From Heterodontus francisci (taxonomy: Eukaryota): a stretch of 64,000 nucleotides of DNA. Location: assembly GCF_036365525.1 (NCBI RefSeq), contig NC_090375.1:130920002-130984001 (forward strand). Direction: 5' to 3'. The translations under genes were made by a program, and so were the position numbers. Under the pieces are notes generated by a model that did no database searches, was not told the origin of the DNA, and saw only the letters and a list, made by a program, of their open reading frames with translations. Of this stretch, positions 10,274 through 22,130 are shown one piece after another (positions within the stretch are counted from its first letter, which is position 1; every line of letters starts with the position of its first letter).

Positions 10274-12085
10274 ATGGTCATCAAACCTGCAGACAAGGGT
10301 GGTGCTGTTGTTGTATGGCGTACCGACCTCTACCTTGCAGAAGCTCAACGCCAACTCACAGACACCTCTTCCTACCTCCCTCTGGACCATGACCCCACCA
10401 CCGAACATCAAGCCACCGTCCAAAGGACTGTCACTGACCTCATCTCCTCTGGAGATCTTCCCTCTACAGCTTCCAACCTCATAGTCCCGCAACCCCGGAC
10501 AGCCCGCTTCTACCTCCTTCCCAAAATCCACAAACGGGACTGTCCCGGCAGACCCATTGTGTCAGCCTGCTCCTGCCCAACTGAACTTATTTCTTCCTAT
10601 CTAGACTCTATCTTTTCTCCGCTGGTCCAGTCTCTTCCCACCTACATCCGTGACTCTTCTGACGCCCTACGTCATTTTGACAATTTCCAGTTTCCTGGTC
10701 CCAACCGCCTCCTCTTCACTATGGACGTCCAATCGCTCTACACCTCCATCCCTCACCAGGATGGTTTGAGGGCTCTCCGCTTCTTCCTGGAACAGAGGCC
10801 CAACCAGTCCCCATCCACCAACACCCTCCTCCGCCTGGCTGAACCTGTTCTCACATTGAACAACTTCTCCTTCAACTCCATGCATTTCCTTCAAGTAAAA
10901 GGTGTCGCTATGGGTACCCGCATGGGTCCTAGTTATGCCTGTCTTTTTGTGGGATATGTCGAGCATTCTTTGTTCCAGTCCTACTCAGGCCCCCTCCCCC
11001 AACTCTTTTTCCGGTACATTGATGACTGTATCGGTGCCGTTTCCTGCTCCCGCACCGAACTAGAAAACTTTATCAACTTTGCTTCCAATTTCCACCCTTC
11101 TCTCACCTTTACATGGTCCATCTCTGACACTTCCCTTCCCTTCCTCGACTTCTCTGTCTCCATCTCTGGGGATAGGTTGTCTACCAATATCCATTATAAG
11201 CCCACTGACTCCCACAGCTACCTCGACTACACTTCTTCACACCCTACCTCCTGTAAGGACTCCATTCCATTCTCCCAGTTTCTCCGTCTCCGATGCATCT
11301 GCTCTGATGATGCTACCTTCCATGACGGTGCTTCTGATATGACCTCCTTTTTCCTCAACCGAGGATTTCCCCCCACTGTGGTTGACAGGGCCCTCAACCG
11401 TGTCCGACCCATTCCCCGCACCTCTACCCTCACCCCTTCCCCTCCCTCCCAGAACCGTGACAGGGTTCCCCTTGTCCTCACTTTTCATCCCACCAGCCTC
11501 CATATCCAAAGGATGATCCTCCGCCATTTTCGCCACCTCCAGCGTGATGCCACTACCAGTCGCATCTTCCCCTCCCTTCCCCTGTCAGCATTCCGAAGGG
11601 ATCGTTCCCTCCGCGACACCCTGGTCCACTCCTCCATTACCCCCACCACCTCGTCCCCGTCCCAGGGCACCTTCCCTTGCAATCGCAGGAGGTGTAATAC
11701 CTGCCCATTTACCTCCTCTCTCCTCACTATCCCAGGCCCCAAACACTCCTTTCAGGTGAAGCAGCGATTTACTTGTACTTCTTTCAATGTAGTATACTGT
11801 ATTCGCTGCTCACAGTGTGGTCTCCTCTACATTGGGGAGACCAAGCGCAGACTGGGTGACCGCTTTGCGGAACATCTCCGCTCAGTCCGCAAGCAGGACC
11901 CTGAGCTTCCGGTTGCTTGCCATTTCAACACTCCCCCCTGCTCTCATGCTCTCATCTCTGTCCTGGGATTGCTGCAGTGTTCCAGTGAACATCAACGCAA
12001 GCTCGAGGAACAGCATCTCATCTACCGATTAGGCACACTACAGCCTGCCGGACTGAACATTGAGTTCAATAATTTCAGAGCATGA
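10274..12085 (+). CDS. Penelope-like RT plus GIY-YIG ORF, right arm (603 aa from an internal Met, N-terminus missing)
   Basis: Uninterrupted ORF with the same RT (RYIDD) and GIY-YIG motifs. Confidence 0.92.
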   Translation: MVIKPADKGGAVVVWRTDLYLAEAQRQLTDTSSYLPLDHDPTTEHQATVQRTVTDLISSGDLPSTASNLIVPQPRTARFYLLPKIHKRDCPGRPIVSACSCPTELISSYLDSIFSPLVQSLPTYIRDSSDALRHFDNFQFPGPNRLLFTMDVQSLYTSIPHQDGLRALRFFLEQRPNQSPSTNTLLRLAEPVLTLNNFSFNSMHFLQVKGVAMGTRMGPSYACLFVGYVEHSLFQSYSGPLPQLFFRYIDDCIGAVSCSRTELENFINFASNFHPSLTFTWSISDTSLPFLDFSVSISGDRLSTNIHYKPTDSHSYLDYTSSHPTSCKDSIPFSQFLRLRCICSDDATFHDGASDMTSFFLNRGFPPTVVDRALNRVRPIPRTSTLTPSPPSQNRDRVPLVLTFHPTSLHIQRMILRHFRHLQRDATTSRIFPSLPLSAFRRDRSLRDTLVHSSITPTTSSPSQGTFPCNRRRCNTCPFTSSLLTIPGPKHSFQVKQRFTCTSFNVVYCIRCSQCGLLYIGETKRRLGDRFAEHLRSVRKQDPELPVACHFNTPPCSHALISVLGLLQCSSEHQRKLEEQHLIYRLGTLQPAGLNIEFNNFRA

Positions 12086-12464
12086 CAGCCCCCCACTTTA
12101 CTTTCATTTTTAGTCATTTTTAGTTATTTTTTCTTCCTTTTTTTTGCATTCCTTTTTACATTTTTTACAATTTTTTTTGCATTTATTTCATTTCATCTTA
12201 GTTTGTTCAGTTTGCTTACCCACTGTTTTTTTCAGGTTGTTTTTCTTCAGGTTTGCACTTGCTGATGTTCAATATTCAGTATATTCACACCTAATCTGTA
12301 CTAATGCTTTGTCTTTCAACACACCATTAACATATTGTTTGCCTTTGCTCCGTGACCTTTTGGTCAGCTATGTGGCCTGGTCCAATCTGCACCTTCTCCT
12401 TTGTTATCTCTTGCCCAACCCCCACCTCACTTGTTTATAATCTGTGACTTTTCTAATATTTGTC

Positions 12465-12501
12465 AGTTCCGAAGAAGGGTCACTGACCCGAAACGTTAAC
12501 T
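12465..12501 (+). ncRNA. Hammerhead ribozyme motif, right PLE arm (CCGAAGA core variant)
   Basis: AGTT-CCGAAGA-A-GGGTC/ACT/GACCC-GAAAC-GTT-AACT; stem I is AGTT/AACT. Confidence 0.7.
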
Positions 12502-12604
12502 CTGCTTCTCTTTCCACAGATGCTGCCAGACCTGCTGAGTGAATCCAGCATTTCTTGTTTTTGTTTCAGATTTCCAGCATCCACAGTATTTTGCTTTTAT
12601 TTTA

Positions 12605-12618
12605 GAGAGAAATTGAAT
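12605..12618 (+). repeat. Right 14-bp TSD of the palindromic PLE
   Basis: gagagaaattgaat, identical to 7501-7514. Confidence 0.92.
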
Positions 12619-12873
12619 GTTGCACTTATTGCATCATGTGAAGCTAATTCTTCCCAACAGCTTAATCAAATTTCAGAATGCATGAAAATAGGCTGGTTAT
12701 TGTGAAGCAATACAAAACTGCACTTACAGAATAGCCACAATCGTGTCTTGAGGCATAATATATTGTCACCATAATGACTTTTTGGATGCACTTGAATGTT
12801 CCAGTTTCCCATCACCAGGTAAGTGACCTTACATTTAGCATAGGTTTCTGACAAAGGATTTTCCAATCCTGCC

Positions 12874-13406
12874 TGTGGGGACAGAATAATATGGGGACAT
12901 TTAAGGTGAAATAATTAATCAATCATGTACTACTAACAAACTAACCTCGGAGCTGCAGAGACAGCTTATCAGAACTGACTTCATAGCTTCAGGGCTGCAC
13001 AGACAGCTTATCAGTAGAAGTAGACTAACAAGCAAAAACTAACAGGACAGCTGCAAGCTGCTTCATCGTAGCCCATTGTATAGCAATCAGCCTAACGGTC
13101 CAAGGAGATAGGGGGGATGAGAAACTGCTCGAGGGGAAGGTGACAAGGCAGTACCCCAATCAGGCCATGACACCAAGAAACTGCAAAGTTTGTTAACCAA
13201 TTGGGAACATAAAGGGGGTGTCACTGATGTGTGTGAAGAACTATAAGAAAAGGCTTGATTTCCCTGCTCAGGCAGGAGAGGAGAGAAGAGCCCAGCAGTT
13301 GTTGCTGATTGCTTTGCTGATGATGTAACCATTTCGTACTGCAATAAAGTTTCTTAAAGATACAGTCGGACTTCATCTCTCTTTGTATAACTAATGGGAT
13401 CCAACA
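12874..13406 (+). mobile_element. Probable solo LTR
   Basis: TG..CA ends, TATA-like ctataagaa (13241), AATAAA (13343), internal repeat agacagcttatcag, flanks ctgcc/cttcc (4 of 5 match). Confidence 0.55.
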
Positions 13407-13776
13407 CTTCCCCTCTGCCACCACTGCAAAATCCAGACTTCAATAGAAATCTAGAAATAGGACATTTATTAGCACACCTGTTCATTGTATAGTTATGACC
13501 GATGTCTATAGGAACAACATCAAGTTCACCCATTAGCCCAAATTTTCAATCGTGACTTCCATTCTGGCATAAATTGTTTGATTAGTATAGCCTGACCTTT
13601 AGTGTGTTTACTTCACATTCTTTTACAGGGGTTCAGCAGTTTAAATGGGTATGGCTGTTCCTGACAACAAAGGGGAATCATTGAATCTTCGAAAATTGCA
13701 AATTGCCCGGTAGCAGATTGCCTGATTTATTGAATGGGCAATAAAGCAAATGTACCAAGAGAAGAATCAGTTACAC

Positions 13777-14722
13777 TTTTTTTTAATTTGGTCATGGGGT
13801 GTGGGCATTATTGGTGAGGCCAGCATTTATTGCCAATTCCTAATTGCCCTTGGGAAGGTGGAAGTGAGCCGCTTTCTTGAACAGCTGCAGTCTATGTGAT
13901 GAAGGTATACCAACAGCACTGTTAAGGGAGGGAGTTCCAGGATTTTGACCCAGCAATGATGAAGGAACAGTGACATATTTCCAAAACAGGATGATGTGTG
14001 ATTTGGAGGGAACCTTGCCGGTGGTAGTGTTCCCATGCACCTGCTGCCCTTGTACTTCTAGGAGGTAGAGAATGCAGGTTTGGAAGGTGCTATCAAAGAA
14101 ACCTTGTTGAATTGCATCTTGTAGATGGTACAAACTGCAGCCATGGTGCAGCAGTGGTGGAAGAAATTAACGCTCAAGGTGGTGGAGGGGGTGCCAATCA
14201 AGCGGGCTGCTTTGGCTTGGATGGTGTCAAGCTTCTTGAATGTTGTTGTATTCCATCACACTTCTGACTTCTGCCTTGTAGATGGTGGAAAGACTTTGAG
14301 GAATCAGGAGGTGAGTTATGGCTGCAGAATACCCAGCTTCCTATGTGCCCTTGTAGCCACAGTGTTTATGTGGCTCAACCATTAAGTTTCTGGTCAATGA
14401 TGACCTCCAGAATATTGATGGTGGGGGATTCAGCAATGGTAAACCTGTTGAATGTGAACGGGAGGTGGTTACACTCCATCCTGTTGGAGATGGTCAATAC
14501 CTGATACTTGTGTAGCACAAATATTACTTGCTGTTTATCTGCCCAAGCATGAATGTTATCCAGTCTTGCTGTATGCGGGCACAGACTGCTTCATATTCTG
14601 AAGAGTTGCGAATGGAACTGAACACAGTGCAATCATCAGTGAATATCCCCACTTCTGACCTTATGATGGAGTGAAGATCATTGATGAAGCAGCTGGAGAC
14701 CTTTGAACCAAAGACACTGCCC
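13777..14722 (-). mobile_element. Second-family CR1/L2-group LINE, 3' part (RT C-term and 3' UTR)
   Basis: Collinear with 62080-63030; begins at the GSV.G..SCFINDL region. Confidence 0.8.
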
Positions 14723-15116
14723 CACCTACAACACTCATGTTGGGAGAGCCAGCCTATAGACTAGTGAAGCAACAGCCTGATATTGTCGTACTCACAGGAT
14801 CATACCTATCAGCCAATATCTCCATCCCTGGGTAAGTCTTATCTCAACAGCACAAAAGACCCACCAGAGATAGGGGTAGAGTGGTAGACAGTTGAGTGGG
14901 AGTCCTGGGGCTCCTCAACATGGACTACTGACTCCATAAAGTTTCATGATTTCCAAACAAGCAAGGTCAAGGAAACCTATTGATCACCAACTACCACTTC
15001 CCTCAAAAGATGAATCAGCACTGCTCCATATTGAATGTCACTTGGAGGAAGCTCTGAGAAAAGCAAAGACCAGACTGACTCTGTGAAACCACATTGACCA
15101 AGCTGGCTGAATCCTA

Positions 15117-15240
15117 AAGGGTGTAGCTGTCAGATTACTTGAGAATATGAAACAGCAGGCGTAATTTAGAATGGGGTGAAGGATGTAGCTGTCAGAATAT
15201 TTGAGAATATGAAACAGCAGGCGTAATTTAAAATGGGGAA
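15117..15240 (+). repeat. 62-bp tandem duplication (2 copies)
   Basis: aagggtgtagctgtcag..gtaatttagaatgggg at 15117 and 15179, few mismatches. Confidence 0.9.
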
Positions 15241-15980
15241 CAAATCTTGTGAATAGGCAGAAATAAGCAGTCCAACAACCAACCAATTAGAGAAAAGTTC
15301 TGTAACGCAACTGCATCCTGTTGAGAAGAGTAAGAGAGAATGAGGCCAGTACAAGAAGACTTCCATTATCAAGCATAGTGGAGCCCACCATGTGAGTGCA
15401 AGAGACAAAGCTGGAGTGTTTTTGGCAAAAGAGCGGAGTGGGTGATCCTAGTGAGCCTCCTGCCAAGATCCTCACTATTATGGATAGCACTGTCCAACCA
15501 ATTCATTTCACCACACATGGCATTAAGAAACAGCTGAATGCACTGAACGAATCAATGGTTAAGGGCCCTAACAACATCTCAGGTGCAGTACTAAAGAACG
15601 CTGCACCAGAGCTAGCTGTTCCCCTAGCCAACTTCTAAGTCCAGCTAAGACACCAGACTCTACCCTCCCCATTGCCACTAACCATTACCCAGCCTTCGTG
15701 TTCATGATCACTGCTATACCCCACCCAATCACCACCACCCACTCTTATGAACACCATGCCTCCCATTCACTTCATTCCCATTCACCTCCCTTCACAACTT
15801 CCCCCCACCTCACTGATCAGCTACCATTGCAGCAACCTGATCTTCGAGTCCTCTTCTCCAGCAAGCTCACCAGTTCAATGATAATGAAGCCTGCTGCCCA
15901 ATATATTGTGCACTTCAAACCTTTCCAGTCAGGCACAGGAATCATTCTATTTTTGGGCACATTTTATAAACTTCAATAAA

Positions 15981-16330
15981 GGGCGGCACAGTGGTGCAGT
16001 GGTTAGCACCGCAGTCTCACAGCTCCAGTGACCCGGGTTCAATTCTGGGTACTGCCTGTGTGGAGTTTGCAAGTTCTCCCTGTGACCGCGTGGGTTTCCG
16101 CCGGGTGCTCTGGTTTCCTCCCACAGCCAAAGACTTGCAGGTTGATAGGTAAATTGGCCATTGTAAATTGCCCCTAGTGTAGGTAGGTGGTAGGAGAATG
16201 GTGGGGATGTAGTAGGGAATATGGGATTAATGTAGGATTAGTATAAATGGGTGGTTGTTGGTCGGCACAGACTCGGTGGGCCGAAGGGCCTGTTTCAGTG
16301 CTGTATCGCTAAAAATAAATAATAAAAAAA
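15981..16330 (+). mobile_element. HE1-like V-SINE
   Basis: Full head, V-domain, gggccgaagggcctgtttcagtgctgtat tail and A-rich end. Confidence 0.92.
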
Positions 16331-18301
16331 TCTAACCTGGCAAACTACTGCACTATCAGCCTCCTCCCAATCATCTGTAAAGTGATGGAAGGAGTCTTTA
16401 ATAGTGTCATCAAGCAGCGCCGATTCAGGAATGACCTGATCAGTGATGCACTGTTTGGTTTCCACCAGAGCAACTCCACTCAACCTGATCATAGCCTTTA
16501 TCCAGACATCAATGCAAAAGCTGAATCCCAAGAGGTGAGAGTCATTGCCCGCAACATCAAGGCAACACTCTTCTAAGTACAGTACCAATGAGCTCAAACA
16601 AAACTGAGTTCAATAGGGGTCAAAGGGCTTCAGTGGCTGGAGTCATACCTGACACAAAGGAAGATGGTTGTGGCTTTCAAAGGCCAGTCATCACTACCCC
16701 AGGATATCACTATGTTAAACACTTGCCTGTAGGTTTAATTTGGGTTGAAGCCTATTGAATTAGACGTGCTTATGCATGTATGATTTCTAACATTAATTGA
16801 ATCTGGATTTCATGCAGACCAACAAAGCAGCAATATTTCATAACAATAAGAGGAAATCACATTACCTTCCACTATAAGGGAAGCTTGCCAATTCAGAACA
16901 AAGTGATCATGGGCCAGAATCTGCTGTCAAATAGTGGCAAGGCTATTGCCATTATTTGTGGTGAATGGTATAGCACTTTCAGACGAGGAGCACATGGGCA
17001 GTTAAATGTGAAAATCCAAATGTTGCTGTCTGAATTACACTGCTCTGTTAGCTTTGCAAAAATATTATCTTGCCCTTAGCCTCTCTGTTTTTTAGGAACT
17101 TGATGCATTTTCCCAGAAATCACAGAATTGTTTCAGCACAGAAGGAGGTCATTCTGTCCATTGTGTCTGTGCTGGCTCTCCAAAAGAGCAATTTACCTAA
17201 TGACATCTCCCCTGCCTTCTCCCCGTAGCCCTGCATATTCTTCCTTTTCAGATAACAATCCATATTCCCTCTTGAATGCCTCGATTGAACCTGCCTCCAC
17301 CACACTCTCAGGTAATGCAGTCCAGATCCCAACCAATTGCTGCGTGAAAAAGTTCTTCCTCATGTTGCCATTGCTTTTTTTTGCAAATTTCCTCAAATCT
17401 ATGCCCTCTTGTTCTCAATCCTTCCATAAATGGGAACAGTTTTCCCCTTATATATTCTGTCCAGACCCCTCATGATTTTGAACACCTATCAAATCTCCTC
17501 ACAACCATCTCATCTCCAAGGACAACAGTCCCAACTTCTGCAATTTATCATCATAACTGAAGTTCCTATTCCTGGGATCATTCTCGTGAATCTTTTCTGC
17601 ACTCTCTCTAATGCCTTCACATCTTTCCGAACGTGTGGTGCCTAGAACTGAACACAATACTCCAGTTGAGGCCAAACCAATATTCTATACAAGTTCAACA
17701 TAACCTCCTTGCCTTGTACTCTATGCCCTTATCAATGAAGCCAAGGATACTGTATGCCTTATTAACCGCGCTCTCAACCTGTTCTGCCACCTTCAATGAT
17801 TTATGCACATATACACCCAGATCCCTCTGCTCCTGCATCCCCTTTAAAATTGTACCCTTTCTTTTATATTGACTCTTCACATTCTTCCTACCAAAATTAA
17901 TCACTTCACACTTCTCTGCATTAAATTTCATCTGCCACTTGTCCGCCCATTCCACCAACCTGTCTATATCCTTTTGAAGTTCTACACTATCCTCCTCACA
18001 GTTCACAATGTTTCCAAGTTTCATATCATCTGCAAATTTTGAAGTTGTGCCCTGTAAACCAAGGTCTGGGTCAGGAATATATATCAGGAACAGCAAGGGT
18101 TCTAATACCGACCCTTGGTACTACCTCTAGTCTGATAAACATCCATTAGCCACTACACTCTGTTTCCTGTCACTCAGCCAATTTCATATCCATGTTGCTA
18201 CTGTCCCTTTTATTCCATGAGCTGTAACATTGCTCACAAGTCTGTTGTGTGGCACTTTATCAAATGCCTTCTGGAAATCCATGTACACCACATCAACAGC
18301 A

Positions 18302-20720
18302 GTGGGAGGCATTCAAAAGCGGAAATTCTACAGGCACAGTGTAGGCATGTCCCCACAAAGATAAAGGGTAGTACGGCCAAATCTAGAGTCCCCTGATTAT
18401 CTAGAAGCTTACAGGGTAAGTTAAAGCTGAAAAAGAAAGCTTATGACGATCACAAAAAGGTTAATGCTTTAGAAAGCCTGGAGGAGTATACAAAGTGCAG
18501 GGGTGTATTAAAAAAGAAATTAGAAAAGCAAAGAGAGGACATGAAAAATTATTGGCAGGTAAAATCAAGGAAAACCTGAAGATATTTTATCAGTACATTA
18601 AGAGCAATAGGATAACTAAGGAAAGGGTAGAGCTTATCAGAGATGTACAAGGGAACTTATGTGTGGATGCAGAAGATGTGGGCAGGGTTCTTACTGAGTT
18701 TTTTGTCTCTGTCTTCACAAAGGAGAGGGATGATGCAGACCTTGTAGTAAAAGAGGAGGAGTGTGAAATATTAGATACGATATGCATAATGAGAGAGGAC
18801 GTACTATGGAGTCTGACATCCTTGAAAGTGGATAAATCACCAGGGCCGGATGGATTGCATCCAGGTTGTTAAAGGAAGCCAGGGACGAAATAGGGGATGC
18901 GCTGAGGATCATCTTCAAATCCTCACTGGATATGGACGAGGTGCTAGAGGATTGGAGGTCTGTGAACATTGTATCATTGTTTAAAAAGGGTGCGAGGGAT
19001 AGGCCAAATAATTATAGGCTGTCAATCTGACCTCAGTGGTGGGTAATTTTTTTTTACTAAAACAGGCCCTTCGGCCCCCCGAGTCTGTACTGACCATTAG
19101 CCACCCATTTATACTAATCCTACATTAATCCCATATTCCCTACCACATCCCCACCTTCTCTCAATTATCCTACCACCTACCTACACTAGGGGAAATTTAC
19201 AATGGCCAATTTACCTAGCAACCTGCAAGTCTTTGGCTGTGGGAGAAAACCAGAGCACCCGGCAGAAACCCACACAGTCACATGGAGAACTTACTAACTC
19301 CACACAGGCAGTACCCAGAACCAAACCTGGGTTGCTGGAGCTGTGAGACTGCAGTGCTAACCATTGCACCACCTGCTGTGCTGCTGTCAATTCTGAGAGG
19401 CAGGATAAACTGCCACTTAGAAAGGCATGGATTAATCAGGGATAGTCAGCATGGATTTGTTCAGGAAAGATCATGTCTTACTAACCTAATTGAGTTTCTT
19501 CAGGAAGTAACAAGGAAAATTGATGAGGGTAGTGCAGTGGATGTGGTCTACGTGGATTTTAGTAAGGCATTTGACAAGGTCCCACATGACAGACTGGTCA
19601 GTAAAATGAAAGCCCATGGATACAGGGGAATGTGGCAGGTTGGATCCAAATTTGGCTCAGTGACAGGAAACAAAGGGTTGTAGTCAATGGATGTTGTTGT
19701 GAATGGAAAGTGGTTTCCAGTGGTGTTCCACAGGGCTCAGTGCTGGGTCCCTCGCTACTTGTGGTATATATTAATGATTTGGACTTAAATGTGGGAGGCA
19801 TGATTGAGAAATTTGCTGATGACACAAAAATTGGCCGTGTAGTTAGTGAAGCGGACAGCTGTAGACTCCAGAATATCAATGGTTTGGTTGAGTGGGCAGA
19901 AAAGTGGCAAATGGAATTCAATCCAGAGAAGTGTGAGGTAATGCATTTGGGGAGGGCAAATAAAGTGAGGGAATACACAGTAAACAGGAGGATATTGAGA
20001 GGGTAGAAGAATTGAGAGCCCTTCGAGTGCCTGTCCACAGGTCCCTGAAGGTGGCAGGACAGGTAGGTAGAGTGGTGAAGAAGGCATATGGAATGCTTTC
20101 CTTTATTGTCTAAGGTATAGAATACAAAAGAAGGGATGTGATGCTGGAACTGTATAAAATGCTAGTTAGGCCACAGCTGGTGTATTGCGTACAGTTCTGG
20201 TCACCCTATTACAGGAAGGACATAATTGCTCTGGAGAGAGTACGGAGGAGATTTACAAGAATGTTGCCAGGACTTGAAAGTTGCAGCTATGAGGAAAGAT
20301 TGGATCGGCTAGGGTTGTTTTCCTTGGAACAGAGGAGGCTGAGGGGTAACTTGATTGAGGTGTAGAAAATTATAAGGGGCCTAGATAGAGTAGACAGGAA
20401 GAACCTCTATCCCGTAGCAGAGAGGTCAATTACCAGGGGGCACAGATTTAAGGTAGAAAGATTAGAGGGGACATGAGGAAAAACCTTTTCACCCAGAGGG
20501 TGTTGGGAGTGTGGTATTCACTGCCAGGAATGGTGGTGGAGGCAGAAATCCTCAACTCATTTAAAAGGTACCTGGACATGCACCTGAAGTGCAGTAACCT
20601 GCAAGGCTATGGAGCAGGTGCTGGAAGGTGGGATTAGATAGGGCGACTAGTTTTTTTGGCTGTGGCTGAAATGATGGGCTGAATTGCCTCCTTCTGTGCT
20701 GTAATTTTTCTATGGTTCTA
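18302..20720 (+). mobile_element. CR1-type LINE nested in the minus-strand CR1
   Basis: ORFs 18495-18872, 19282-19683, 19632-20006 (SGVPQGSVLGP..FADDTK) and 20138-20365; 3' end tgctgtaatttttctatggttcta. Confidence 0.92.
19047..19385 (-). mobile_element. HE1-like V-SINE nested in CR1
   Basis: Matches the reverse complement of 15981-16330; more diverged. Confidence 0.85.
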
Positions 20721-22130
20721 TTACCTTGATCAAGCTTCTCTGTTACCTCATCAAAAAACTCCAGCAAGTTAGTTAAACATGATTTGCCCTTTATAAATCT
20801 GTGCTGGCTTTCCCTAATTAACCCGCATTTGCCCAAGTAACTATTCATTTTGTCCCGAACTATTGTTTCTAGAAGCTCCCCCACCACTGAGGTTAAACTG
20901 ACTGGCCTGTAGTTGCTGGGCTTATCTTTACACCCTTTTTGAACAAGGGTGTAACATTTGCAATTCTCCAGTCCTCTGGGACCACCCCTGAATCTAAGGA
21001 AGATTGGAAAACTATGGCCAGTGTCTCCGCAATTTCCGCCCTCACTTCCCTCAATATCCTTGTATGCATCTCATCTGGTCCTGGTGCCTTACTACTTTAA
21101 GTACAGACAGCCTATCCAATGCCTCCTTATCAATTTTAAACTCTTCAAGATCTGAATTACTTCCTCTTTCACCATGATCTGTGCAGCATCTTCTTCCTTG
21201 GTAAAGGCAGATGCAAAGTATTCATTTAATACCTCAGCCATGCCCTCTGCCTCCATGCTGTTATGCTCATGTGCAGTGCAGTGATAGAAATTACAGAACT
21301 CAAGCTGAAGAGTTATAAAAATTGACTTTTCATTTAAAAAGTGGACAATGTGCTGGAAAAATGGCTGCCAAGGGTCAAAAGACCTGACCTTGTATATTCA
21401 AACTGTCTTACTGTGTGGTAAGAACAAAAAGATACCTTCTAAGCTAAGAGGTATCAATTACATGCATCCTGAACCCATCAAGAGACATTTTTGATTGAAT
21501 GGGTTCTTCTGAAACAAAGAAGGTGTGAAGTAGCCACATTATGGGCCATTGTCGGTCACTACAGGGAGGAAGATTTATGTTTCCCAACAGAGGCAAGATG
21601 TGAGACTATTTTGACCTTAAAAGTAGCTCTCTGGAGAGAGAGAGAAGGAAACCCAGGAAAAACATCATGAAAGCTTGTCGAGCTGAAATCTAGGAGCAAA
21701 TCCAGCTAGCCAGAAATAAGGTGCCATGCCGTGAGTTCTATAATGCAACTTGGGCATGAGAAAACTGAAAGTGATCCCCAGACTCCAGACTGAAATTTCA
21801 ACTAACAGAGCAATCTACAAACAACACAGGCCTGCAACTTGAAAGAGAAATTGATCTCTGGGAAGATTTAACAGATTACTATGAACCCCGAAAACCTACT
21901 TTACTTCAAAGCCCTTACCTCTTTTCCTCTATATCTATCTCTTCTTGTGTGTGCATGCGAGTGAATGCGTGTGAGGGTATAGATGCGACTATTTTGGGAG
22001 TGAATATTTTCTCAGTAAATAGTTAATCTTCTGTTTTAAACCTGCAAGAAAACCTGTCGCTGTCTGTTTATTTGACAAATAAAACACAAAGGGAATTAAA
22101 ACCCTAGTAACAAAAACACTTGCTGCATTC

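Larger units (their letters stand above)
7515..12604. mobile_element. Young Penelope-like retroelement (Neptune-type) inserted as a head-to-head palindrome
   Basis: Inverted arms 7515-9912 and 10155-12563, near identical. The 242-bp spacer 9913-10154 is further 5' PLE sequence on the minus strand. Extra 3' tail 12564-12604 on the right arm only. 14-bp TSD. Confidence 0.95.
14730..16712 (+). mobile_element. Inverted 5' part of the same LINE (APE endonuclease and RT N-term fragments), interrupted
   Basis: VKQQPDIVVLT (endonuclease), GPNNISGAVLKNAAPELAVPLA, SNLANYCTISLL..KVMEG, ending at QDIT. Confidence 0.7.

Noticed and set aside
10157-10531. N-terminal 125 aa of the 845-aa ORF as a novel domain
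   Set aside because: It is the antisense translation of the right arm (same text as ORF 9536-9928).
7515-12604. Palindrome as an assembly or fold-back read artefact
   Set aside because: A perfect external 14-bp TSD, arm-specific substitutions and deletion, asymmetric ends and an independent miniature at 55784 argue for a real insertion. Read-level confirmation is still desirable.
15981-16055. tRNA genes at SINE heads (also 2672, 4425, 38080, 43468)
   Set aside because: A/B boxes continue into SINE bodies and LINE-like tails; no complete cloverleaf.
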